From Saprolegnia diclina VS20 (Eukaryota), in contig NW_008246068.1 in the NCBI RefSeq assembly GCF_000281045.1, forward strand, positions 1,393,110-1,425,332: DNA of 32,223 nt. The letters run 5' to 3'. How positions within the stretch are numbered: position 1 is the first letter of the stretch; each line of letters opens with the position of its first letter. Below the pieces are notes generated by a model, which was given only the letters and a program-made list of their open reading frames with translations, was not told the origin of the DNA and searched no databases. Both the position numbers and the translations under genes were made by a program. Shown in pieces: positions 17,250-28,153 of the stretch.

Positions 17250-18986
17250 ATGATGCGCGAGGAGGCGACCGCGAGGCCCAGCGTCGGCTTTGGGTTCCTC
17301 TGGAAGTTTCCGAGCGAAGGCTCCAACAGCGCCGACGCCGACGCGTCCTTCCCACACCGATGCGATAGCTGCGGCGACGCCTGGGTCACATCGCTGGACG
17401 ATCTCAAGCGCCACGCCGCGACGTGTCGTGGCGCCCGCCGTCCGCGCCGCCTCGAGCTAGGCGCGCCTCGTCCATACTGGTGCGAGATTGCTGCCACAAG
17501 CCTCGAGGTATTAGCGGTCATTTCGTGCTACTGCGGATGCTGACAAACAAGCTAGTGGCGCGAGGCCGCGCACGCGCTGCAGGACGAGCACAACCAAGTG
17601 CCGTTTACGACGGTCGTGCGGGTCGCGCCGCTCGACGACGACTGCTTCCAGGTCGTCACGCTGCAGAGCTGCATCACGTTTCGCGCAGAGTCGCAAGACG
17701 AGCGCAACGCGTGGCTGAGCGCGCTCGGCGAAGCCATCTTCTGCCTCGGCGCGCCGCCGGGTGCCGAGGCGACAGAAGCCGTTGGCGCCTGCCTCGTACA
17801 TCTTTGGACACACTTCGTTTTGCTCAATCATTCTTGCGTAGCGAAGGGGCGGCGACGTCGACGAGCTGGAAGCGATCTTGCAGTCGCACCCGGCCGCCAT
17901 CACCAACACCGACACCGACGGCAACTCGATGCTGCTGGGTGCGTCCAGACGCTCGTTGCTCTGGGATGATGATGATTCGTGACTCAACTAGTCGCCTGCA
18001 AGCTGGGTGCTCCCATCGAGGTGTTCCGCCTCCTGCTGCACTATGGTGCCGACGCTTACGCAGTCAACGCCAAGTGCGTTCTCACAGCCGATGAGCGAGG
18101 TCTCATAAAGGCGTAGGGGGGAGGCGCCGATGTTACTGCTGAGTGCGGCGGGCGAGACGGCCATCGTGCGGCTCTTCCTTCTCGACTTTGACGTCGACGT
18201 GCACACGCGGTATGGCGGTGGCGTCTCGGCGGTGCTGGCGGCGGCGGCCATGGGTGAAACCAAGGTACTTTTATCCGACGCCTGCCGGATGCCTCGCACA
18301 CGGTGTAGATGCTGCAATTGCTCTTCGAGCTCGGCGCTAACCTCTTGGACGTGGATGACCGAGGGTACTCGACGCTTCACTGCGCCAGCACGTACTGCTA
18401 CGGCCTCGACACAGTCTCGTATCTCTGTGGTGTGGCGCCGAGCCTCATCGACTGGCCTGCCAGTGACGGAAGCACGGGGCTTCTCCTCGCGGTGCAGCAC
18501 GGGTAGGCCATTGAAACCAACATTACTACGTTGATCGAAATGGCAGGCTCCTGGAAATTGCCAAGGTGCTCTTGGACCACCAGGCCAACCCGCGTATCGC
18601 CGACATGCAAGGGGTCACAGCCGACGCTTTAGCCCGCGCTGCCGGTCATTGGGACCTCCTCGCCCTCATGACCCCGCCGCCGGGTATCCTGGCTCATGTA
18701 TCGATGCAATGTGACTCAGTACTGGGTAGAGAACCCGTGGATCGAGTGCCAAACGGACGAAGGCGACGTTTTCTACTACAACTCGGTGACGGGCGAGTCG
18801 AGCTGGTACCTTCCAGGCCCACCTATCGTGGACGAAGACGAAATAGCAGTCAAGTCGACGCCAGTGTGCCTCCTGCCGCTCGTGTCGCCTCTCAACGCAC
18901 TCGACGACCCAGACGCGGCGGCAAAGGAGCTCGTCCGACGCAAGAAGGAGCGTCAGCAGCGTCGACGGCGAAAGCAGGCATCTTAA
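17250..18986 (+). CDS. PH domain (with zinc-finger insert) + ankyrin repeats + WW domain protein, multi-exon
   Basis: PH end FQVVTLQSCITFRAESQDERNAWLSAL. Ankyrin repeats after splicing (DGNSMLL|VACKLG..LLLHYGAD, GYSTLHCAS, GSTGLLLAVQHG|LLEIAKVLLDHQANP). WW: PWIECQTDEGDVFYYNSVTGESSWYLP. About 7 short introns. Confidence 0.82.
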
Positions 18987-19055
18987 AAAGCGAAATTACG
19001 AGTTGTCTCGACCCCATATCCACCGACGTGTAGAGGAAAGCTAGAGATAGCACGT

Positions 19056-21539
19056 CTACGTCTCGTCCACGCTCTCTCGTCGACGGCGGCTACACAGCAT
19101 TTCGTTAGAAGCTCCCTCTTGCCGTCTCGTACCTCGCGGTTGGTGGCCGAGACTTGGTGCTCTTCTTCGCCTTTTCCTTGGCGGCTTTTGCCTACAGCGA
19201 CAAGGTAAGCAGGTGCAAACCCGACGTGCGGCACCTCGGCAATCACCGCGTCCGTCTCAGCGTCGCTTAGCGTCGGGCCTGCGGGTGCCTTCTTTTCAGG
19301 CTCGGGTGCCTCGGACTCGAAGACGATCTCAGACTCGTCCTCGTTGGAGGCGATGCGGTCGAGCCAGAAACCCATCATACCGCTCTCGTAGTCGCGCGTC
19401 CGGCGCTCGGGCATCTCGAGCTCGAGCAAAATGACGTTGTCGCTCTTCCAGCGCGGGTTGCCGCGATCCATTTGGCGGTTGCGGCGCGCGCACTCGGTCT
19501 CAGCGCGGCGGGCGCCCCGGCGGGCGATCGGTCGCTTGGGCCGGAGGCTCGTCGGTCGCGTCTCCAAATGCTCGAGCTTCCACTCGTCGAGCTCCTTGTC
19601 CCACTTGGAGCGCTGCTCGATCGCATACGCATCGTCGAGCGGCACAAAGTGGTTGAGCAGAAAGTGCTTGATCTTGAGCTGGCGCGTGAGCTCGCGGATC
19701 GTCTCGAGCATGTCTTCCTTCTCGGCTTGAAACTCAGTGCGCAGATCCTCGATCTCGGTCGACGCCGCCTTGTGCTTGGCCCAGAGCTTCTTGAGCTTCT
19801 TGGTCTTGACATCGACCTCTTCTTGCAGCGACGAAAACTGCTCTTCCAATAGCAAGTTGGAGTCCTCCCGCTCGGCCAGCTCCCGCGCGAGCTGCATCTC
19901 TTGTCGCTTTTGCTCGTCGATCTTTTGCTGCGCGTCGCGGAGCTCGAGCTCTTGGCGCGCGGCCTTGTCGAGGACTTGGCCGCCCATGATGACTTTCTCT
20001 TCGTACTCGGCCAGCTGCGAAAGCATCTCGGTCTTTTTCTTCTCGAGGCGCTCCTTTGCCTGGGCTTTCTCGTGGAGTTGCGCTGCGAGCTTCTCACGCT
20101 CCTCTTCCGTCTTGGACTGCGACGCCAATAGCGCCTTCATCTCCATTTGCGCTCGCTTCTTGAGCTCGTTCTTTTCGCGGAGCGCGTCCTCCTGGAGCTT
20201 CTTGAGCTCGTCTTCGCTGACGCCTTCGCGGCGCACAATGGTCTTTTCGACAATCTACGCCGAGATGTGAGCTCTCCTGTCAACCTATTCTTGATTACCT
20301 TTTCAACGATTTGGGGGGCTTGGGACGCGGCGGAGACCTTGACTTCCTTGCCATCGACCATCGTCGTCACGAGACCCTTCTCCTGCGCGGCGAGCGCCTC
20401 GCGGAGCTCCTTGATCTTCTCTTGGAACTCGCGGATCTTGGCGTCTTTCGGGTCTTCGTTGATTTTGGGCTTGTTTTTGATGTTTTTCGCGCGGTTGGCG
20501 TACCGAAGGGTCGAGAGCGTCTCGTTGTAGTTGTAGTCGGCGGGACCGCAGTTGGCGATCATGACCGTCTTGGCGTTCCCGCCGAGCGAGTCTTGCAGTA
20601 AGCGCGTGAGCTTCGAGTCGCGGTATGGAATGTGCTGCGACTTGCCGTCGACGAGCGCTGAAATGACGTTGCCAAGCGCCGAGAGCGACAGGTTGATCTT
20701 GGTCGCTTCCTTCATACGGTCGCCGGTCGCGCCCGTCTTGGCCTGCCGCTCGCTACCCGCCAAGTCGACGAGGTTGAGCTTCCCGACGCAAATGTGGTCT
20801 TTCCCGTCAACGCCCGTGCTCGCAGTCTCGACCGTGATGATAAACATCGAGTGCGACCGCGACGACGTCTGGTTCATGAGCGTCGCGCCCACCGATCGGT
20901 TCTTCTTGCCTACACCTCGGCATGAGATCGGATGCTTGGCAATATGGAGGTCGTACCGTGCTGCATGACGGCGTCGATCTCGGCGACGCCAGTGACTTGG
21001 CGCGCGATCAAGTCTTTGACGTACACGCCCGTGTCCATGTTCTCCTTGAGCTCGAGGTGGTTTTGCGGGTCGGGCGCCAAGAGGTCCCGGATCTCTTCGT
21101 TGTAGATCTCGAGGTACGAGGCGCAGACCATGAATTGGCTCTTCGCAATCGACCCAATCTTGTCGAAAATGTGCTTGAACGAATTCGGGATGATGCCACG
21201 GAGCTCGGGCGGGTCGTTGTAGCCTTCCATGGTATGGGACTTGCCGGCGCCGGTCTGGCCGTAGGCAAAGATGGTGCCGTTGAAGCCATCGACCGCGCTC
21301 TCCACAATGTCGCGCGCCGCCAAGTTGTACACGTCGATCTGCTCCGAGTCGGGGCCAAAGGACGCGTCGAAGGTAAATTTCTTGGGCGGCTCGCGGTCGT
21401 CGGCCTCGGGGTTGTTGAGCGAAATCTCGCCTTCCGCAGGCTTGGAGAAGACAATGTACGTGCGCCCGTCCTGCTTTTCCTTGGTGCTCAGCGGCCGAAT
21501 GCGCACGACGACCTTGACGCTCTCGCTGCGGTTGGCCAT
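19056..21539 (-). CDS. Kinesin-2 motor subunit (KIF3/FLA10-like heterotrimeric kinesin-II)
   Basis: [66 protein letters not shown], kinesin-2 neck NEDPKDA, stalk [19 protein letters not shown]. Introns 20910-20956, 20255-20298 and two near the 3' end give the tail [17 protein letters not shown]. Confidence 0.92.
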
Positions 21540-21792
21540 CAGAGTTCTTATTATTGCAGAGTGTGCCCCTTCAAGATAATGGATATCCGGATACGGGGAC
21601 ATGTCGGATCGTTGCCGACATCCACCGCCCTAGCGTCGAAGGGATGGCCGGGGACGCGTGCGAAGCTTGATCCCTTGGGCGCTGCTATGGAATGGTTCCA
21701 TGGGATGGTCCAAGCGGGTAAGGATGAAGCTGCGGTCGATGCACCCAGCGGGCCACGACCATAGTCAGCAATAATCTGGTGATGCGTATTTG

Positions 21793-21830
21793 ATTGGCTG
21801 ATAAAGATGTCGACTGCCGATAGCGATTGG
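21793..21830 (-). promoter_or_regulatory. Tandem CCAAT boxes (ATTGG x2, 33 nt apart) in the kinesin-2 / G-patch divergent promoter
   Basis: ATTGG at 21793-21797 and 21826-21830, each in a GATTGGC context, upstream of ATG 21858. Confidence 0.4.
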
Positions 21831-21857
21831 CCGGCGCGAGAATAATTCTCGGAACGC

Positions 21858-22766
21858 ATGAAGGTCGGGTTCACGCTCAAGGGCAAGAAGAAGCCGGCGG
21901 TGGCCGCGCCGGCCGCCGGAGGCTTCCGCGTCGAGAAGGAGGCGACGGCGCCGACGAGCAAGGACCTCGTCCTCGGCTTTGGCACGTCCGGGAAGGCGCT
22001 GCTCAAGGACCCGGTGGCGGCGAAGGCCAAGCTCGTGATCCCACTCATCGAGCAAAACTGGACCGAGAAGGGGGCGACAGAGGCCGACTCGGCTGCCGCC
22101 GAGGCGCTCCTCGCTGACATTCGCTCGACAACGATGAGCGAAAGTGCCGAGGACTCGACCATGGTCATTCCTGTCGCGAAGAAGCCGGCGGCCGGCGACG
22201 ATGCTCCAATCCTCTACCGCAACAAGCTCCCGGGCCTCGAGAACCTCACAAACGAGAACGACAAGTTCAAGCATGACATCTCCATGCGCCCCGACGACAT
22301 GGATATTTACAGCGATGCGTACGAGGCGGTGCCCATCGAAGAGTTTGGCGCAGCCCTCCTTCGAGGCATGGGCTGGTCGGGCAAGGACCGCGTGCAGCCC
22401 ACGGGCTCGAAAGTGCAGATGCGCCACCAACGCCTTGGTCTTGGTGCTACACCAAAGCCGCCGATGCCCGGCGACTCGAAGAAGAAGAAGCGCAACATGG
22501 CTCTCGACACCAAGCCGATTCGCCTCGTGGAAAAGCCGCGGGAAGGCGCGTCCACAGCTGGTAGCGACGCTCCTCCGAGCGCCCGTGCATCGTCCAAGGC
22601 GAACGATCGGTCTCGTAGCTCGCGCGACCGCAGCCGCAGCCGCGAGCGCGCTCCGCGGATTGACAGCCGAGACCACGGCAAGCAGCAGAGCCGCGATGCA
22701 TCGAGGAAGCGCAGTCGCAGCCGGGACCGAAAGCGCAGTCGGAGTCGAGACCGAAGACATCGTTAG
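21858..22766 (+). CDS. Spp2/MOS2/GPKOW-type G-patch splicing factor with RS-rich tail, intronless
   Basis: YEAVPIEEFGAALLRGMGW...RHQRLGLGA (Spp2/MOS2-type G-patch), LVIPL motif, C-terminal RSRSRDR repeats. Confidence 0.85.
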   Translation: MKVGFTLKGKKKPAVAAPAAGGFRVEKEATAPTSKDLVLGFGTSGKALLKDPVAAKAKLVIPLIEQNWTEKGATEADSAAAEALLADIRSTTMSESAEDSTMVIPVAKKPAAGDDAPILYRNKLPGLENLTNENDKFKHDISMRPDDMDIYSDAYEAVPIEEFGAALLRGMGWSGKDRVQPTGSKVQMRHQRLGLGATPKPPMPGDSKKKKRNMALDTKPIRLVEKPREGASTAGSDAPPSARASSKANDRSRSSRDRSRSRERAPRIDSRDHGKQQSRDASRKRSRSRDRKRSRSRDRRHR

Positions 22767-22802
22767 TACTACGTGTTGCGGACAAGTTTGTCTAGAGGTC
22801 GC

Positions 22803-23510
22803 CTACACGTCGTCTTGGTTGCTGGGCGACCGCATGTGCAGCGGGATGAGCGACGTGTCGATCTTGATCTGAAGGGGCGGCACGGCCGAGCACACAGTGT
22901 GGAGTCTACGTCATAACAGACATTATTGTCCATCCGCCTGCACCTTATACTTTTTAAATATCGAATGACACGAGTCACGGAACTGCACCATGAGCTGGAC
23001 GTTGTCGTCGAGGTCGCCCGTCGCCAAGTTGGCGCGCATCGTGTTGATGACGCTGACATTGGTCTGCATCATCAGCGCGCGTCAGCTCTGCCAGCTGCGC
23101 AATCATCTACCTGCAGGCTCTGCTTGATCTGCTCTTCGCACGAGACGTCGTGCGCATCCTAACAGGCGTGGTTGAGACCTTGGCATGGACGAGGCGCGTA
23201 CGGCGTGCTCCATCTTCGGTCGCTTGGACGGCGGCTCGGCCATCTTCTCATGCGACGCTTGCATTGAGCGCACCTTGACAGCAACGTCGCGGATGCACTT
23301 GCCTGGGATCGTGGCCGCGATCTTGATGTAGCGCGTGACGTTGTCGTACTCGGCGGCCGGGTACTGCGTCAGTCCCTTGTGCAGCAGGTGTAGCTCCTGA
23401 GCCGACCACGTCGCATGCGCGCTTGAGTACACGTACGCCTTGGGGCTTGGCTCGCGCCCGAAGAACGGCGCCGTCATGTGCATCTCCCGCGCGTACCCGG
23501 GCCCGCTCAT
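22803..23510 (-). CDS. Myb/SANT-like + DUF3755-type protein, multi-exon
   Basis: WSAQELHLLHKGLTQYP..RYIKIAATIPGKCIRDVAVKVRSM. Spliced C-terminal NVSVINTMRANL..NVQLMVQFRDSCHSIFK|KLHTVCSAVPPLQIKID resembles the DUF3755 pattern (N..I..NL..N..L...RDNI..PPLPVK). Stop TAG at 22803. Confidence 0.75.
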
Positions 23511-24109
23511 GCTTCGGAAAATGGCTTTTCGAAACAAGGTGACCCTTGGGTATCCGGATCGCGACGCCAAGCGTTGATTGGCCGAAACGCGTTTTTCGAC
23601 CGACCAGTCGCGTTGGCTTCGAAAATCCCGGCCGTCTCTTTGCGCACGACATTGAAGCGGGCGTCGACGACCGACGAGGCTGTTGGCGCAACCGACTTTT
23701 GCTGGTCGTGGTGCGCACGTGCATGGACGCTGGTGCAGACGTCGTCGGGCGCTAAATTTCCGGCTTCAACTTTTGTCCTTGGGATGCTTCGAACTTCGGT
23801 TACTCCTGGGCACACGCACGCAGGCGCGACCATGGCGGCGCGTCCGATGAGGTCGTGCCGCGAGGAGCCCCGCATGGCGGTCCTGGTCAAAGCCGTTGGC
23901 GGTCGAGTGGGCCAAGGCAGTAGCAAGCGTGCACGGATATCTCGACAAGTCCATCTGCGTGACGTTGCGCGACCAGCTCACGCGCACCAGCTGGCAGACG
24001 TAATGCAAGGTGCACTTCGCTACCGCTTGGCGTGTCTTGCAGCTTGCATCGCGGGCTCAGATTGGCAGCCTACTCGTTGAAACCCCAGCAGTGGGTCGTA
24101 CACAAGGCC

Positions 24110-26174
24110 ATGTCCCGCAACACTGACGCGCGCCCGTCCTTCGATACGCGGCCATCGGGGCGCGGCTCAGTCGCGTTTGCCCGTGAGGACCGCGCCGCGC
24201 GCTTCGAGGTCGACGTGCCCGGCGACGCCGCCGACAACGACGACGAGGCGTGCCTCACCGGCACGACGACGGTCGCCGAGAGCGACCTCGGGCACTCGTT
24301 CAGCCGGTCGACAAGCGGCGGAGTGCGGGGCAGCGACGTGACCATCGAGCGCTACGACCGCACGTCCAACGTGGTCGTGGCGACCGCCGGCGCCGACCAC
24401 TGGGAGAGTCTCAACCACCAGTTCTCGGTGCGGCAAACGCTCTTTGACCAGCCGCCCGTGCTTGAGAACGACGACGACGCGCGACCACTCATGCAGATCA
24501 CGACGGTCGCCGACCTGCACCGCGACGAAGCGCCGCACGAGTACAAGGGCCGGCTGCGGCGGTGGCCCGGTGCGCTCTTGCTCCTCGTCATCGTACTTGT
24601 CGCGACCGTGCTCATCGTCGTCGGCGGGCACGACTCGTACACAAAGTCCGCGGCGCTCAAGGTCGCGGCGCAGAAGCGCATGGCGGGGAAGCGCTGGATC
24701 GGGGACGGCAGCTACGAGATGGACGAAGACGGGCTCATCAACAACCCGATGACGTACGACCAAAAGCGTACGCTAACGACATGTCTGTATCGCAAACCGA
24801 CTATGCAACTAGGCTGCAAGCTGCCCAACTATGTGAGCAAGAACGGCCGCATCGTCGCTGTCGCGCCCAACGGGACCGAAGTCGTCGTCGGGATCAAGGG
24901 CACCAACTGGTTTGGCATGGAGACGTACGTCGACCCATTTTGCAGTCTACAGAGATGACGACAAGTAGGATGGACGCGATTCCGTTTGGCTTGTGGCAAA
25001 ACGACAAGAACGGCACGACCGTGGTACGCACCGTGTGGTCATATTGTCCTCGTCACCCACGCATTTGCTAGTATGACGTGGCTGCGTTCCTGGACAAGCA
25101 CAAGTTCAACAGCGTGCGGATACCCGTGTGCGTGCAGCACATTTTGAAAAACACGCCGCCGAAAGCGGGCTTGGTCAACAAGATGACCAACCGCGCGCTG
25201 GACCTGACGTCCTACATGTCGGCGCTGCAGACGCTCATCCAGGCGCTCGCCTACCGCCAGATCACCGTCATGCTCAGCATGCACGCGCTCCTCCCGCAGC
25301 CACTCAACTCGGGCGGCCTCTGGTACAACGCCGACATTTCCGAAAACGATTTCCTCGACTCGATCGACCTCCTCGCCGCCGGGCTTTGCTCGGACGCGTA
25401 TTGGAACGTGCTGGGCATCGACCTCAAGAACGAGCCGCACAAGGCGACGTGGGGCACGGGCACCGCGACCGACTGGGTCCTTGGCGCGCGCAAAATTGGC
25501 AACCGCATGCTCGCCGGCTGCCCCAACTGGCTCGCGTTCGTCGAAGGCGTGTACGCCGAGAAGCACTCGGTGGCGGTCGACGACGGCACCAACATCACGT
25601 ACGCCGACTGGTGGGGCTCGGGCTTGCACAAGGCGAAGGAGTCGCCGGTCGTGCTCATGGCCGCAAATAAGCTCGTGTGGGCACCCCACTACTACAACGT
25701 ACGTGTCTTGGCCTCTATCGCAGTGCTCTGACGGTGACGATGTAGCCGGGCGTCTACCCGATGGCGTACTTTTATAAAGATCCCGTCACGTTCGACGAGC
25801 TTGACGACGCGACGCTGGCGAGGAACGTCCGTGCTGTCATGCAGGACAGCTTTGGGCACCTCGTGCCAGAGAATGCCGCGGTCGTGCTCGGCGAGTTTGC
25901 CGGCTTGTACGCGACGGACCTGCACCCGCTCAAGACGACGCAGCGCGCGACGGACGCCACGATCGACGTCATGGTCCAAGACCGGTATGCCGGGGGGTAC
26001 ATGTGGTCGCTCAACCCCGAGTCTGCGTACCAGTACAACCCTGGCAACACGCTCGGCACGTTCCACGAAGGCCTCGTGGCGCTCGATTGGCTCACGCCCA
26101 ACACTGGCTTCCTCCAGGGCATGGAGAGCATGAACCGGATCGCCAACTTGCGAAAGTTCCCGTGCTTTACTTAA
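24110..26174 (+). CDS. Membrane-anchored glycoside hydrolase family 5 (Cel5-type endoglucanase), multi-exon
   Basis: TM segment ALLLLVIVLVATVLIVVG, then IKGTNWFGMET, FNSVRIP, GIDLKNEPH (acid/base), WLAFVEG, WWG, LVWAPHYYN|PGVY, VVLGEFAG (nucleophile) and GYMWSLNPES. About 4 short introns. Confidence 0.92.
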
Positions 26175-26248
26175 ACATCGAAAATGCCTATACTTTTTGG
26201 CTATTTCGAAAAACAATATCGACACACAAAAGAGTATATTATCGAAGG

Positions 26249-27825
26249 CTAGTTGCGCGCCTTGTGCTGCAGACGAAAGTACCGCTTCGTGCTCAGCCAA
26301 AGACCGTCGTTCGAGTACATGACGACGCCAAAGACCACGACGCCAAAGAGCATGAAGAGCACGGGGCCCGTCATTGTCGGCACGTGGTCGAGCGAGATCG
26401 TGGCTTCGATTCCGTGATCCGGCGCCTTTTCACGGCGTGTCGGCGCTACCGTCACCGAGCGCTCACCCGCCTCGTTGTTCGAGAGGACTTCGACCGGCGG
26501 CGACTCGGTCGTCGTCGTCGGCGCGTGCGTCTTCTTGGGGCGGAGGTGCCACCCGGGCAGAAGCGCTTCGATTTCAGCGGGGTTGGCGTACGGCACCCAG
26601 TGGAGCTGCTTGCACGAGTGCTCGTCGCTCTTGCCTTCTTCAAACGTAATGCCCGAAAAGTTGAGAAACGCCTTGAACGGGCGCACGGTCCCAAAGGCAT
26701 ACTTGTCCCATTCCTCCGTGTCGACGAGGCCCTTGAACGGCTGCCCGACCATGAGCTTGAAGCGGTTGACGCCCATCTTCTCTTCCTTGGCCTTGCGCGC
26801 TTGGTCGACTTGGACGTGCTCAAACCTATTGCAATCGAATCAGACAACGAGCAGACGTGATACCTCTACCGTGCAGGAACGCTCGTGTAGTTGTGGTAGA
26901 CGACGGTGCCGCCCGTGCTGGGCGAGTACATGTCGTAGCCGTACGTCCAGAGGTGCGATGCGCGGAGGAACTCTTCGCCGTCAAACATCCACAGCGTGTG
27001 CGAGTCGATGAGCACGCGCTTCTCGGCGTGGCACTTGCCAAACGAGAGGCCCGCGCCCCAGAGCGCCTGCATCTGCGGCATCTCGGGGCGCTGCATCATG
27101 CTCGCGCCGACGTTGCGAACGCAGCCGTTGCCGCCGCGCATGGTCGTGCAGAGGTGCGGGAGCTGGTCCGGCGGGTTGTTGGTGCCATCGGACAGCACGT
27201 AGCCGTCGTGCACGTGGTGGAGGTACGTCGAGAGGATCGCCATTTCGTTCCCGACCGACTTCCACTCGTCGATGAGGCTCGGGTCCCACCCGTTCGTAAA
27301 GACAGAGTGCGCGTCCAGCTGAAGGCAAAACTCCTGGTCGCCGATCAGCTTTTGCTGGTGATGGCGCGCGTACGTCGGGCCGCGCGAGTCGTCGGCGAGG
27401 CGCTCGTCAATCTTGATCTGCGCCTTGTACTTGCACTCTTCTTCAGGCCATTCGGTGTTGGCCATCTTGCAATACTCGTCCAAGCAGCGGAGATCGCCGG
27501 GGTTGACCTGATCCACGACGCCAAAGTATAGGCGGTCGGGGTGCACGGCGCGCTTATAGCCCGTGAAGAGTGTGTAGCCGCACCGGTGCCCGTCGCGGAA
27601 CGTCGAGAGCCCGACAAAGATGTCGGGCGTCGCTGACACGCGCGGCGGCGGCGGGCGGAGCGCCGCGTGTGCCGAGTCGAGCGGGATGTTTTGCGTCTCG
27701 GGCGCCATGTCCGGGTCGTAGTGCTTCTTGTCGTCGCCTTCTGGCCACGAGAAGGCAATGCTCTGCGGGCGCTTGGCGAGCGCCAGCGCGGCCGCCGAGA
27801 GCAGCAGCAGCGACACCGACTTCAT
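26249..27825 (-). CDS. GT60-family polypeptide/hydroxyproline alpha-GlcNAc transferase, paralogue 1 (signal peptide + C-terminal TM)
   Basis: IFVGLSTFRD..C..A..P.RLYFGVVDQ, SRGPTYARH, FCLQLDAHSVF..WD, ILSTY, WGAGLSF, FDGEEF..LWTYGYDMYSP..VYHNY. Intron 26826-26869. Start MKSVSLLLL. Confidence 0.88.
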
Positions 27826-28153
27826 TTTCGGGTGTGTTGTGGGAATGAATATTGCCCTCTGCCGAGTGCAATGGGCTGACAGGCCATTGGTCGAAACCGG
27901 ATTATTTGCACCAATCACGTGCTGCCGTGAAAGGCCAGACGCTGGATCTTCCATCGAAGTCGTTCGATCCGGCAATGCGAGTCTGTAGCGCTGCTGACAG
28001 CTGTAGACACGGGCGCAGCCTTGGTACGTGGCGCCTTGGCCAGCAGGTAGCCGCGCCCTAGAGCACTAGAGCCCTGGAGCCATGCGGTGCTGCAAGCGCC
28101 TTGCGTCACAACCAAACGAGCGATCAAGAGGTAGAATGCAAACGGACATGGCA

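Noticed and set aside
21601..21621. Hairpin ATGTCGG-N7-CCGACAT upstream of kinesin-2
   Set aside because: A 7-bp stem is expected by chance in 32 kb, and there is no other support.
21765..22760. 331-aa minus-strand ORF opposite the G-patch gene
   Set aside because: Antisense shadow with no recognisable domain.
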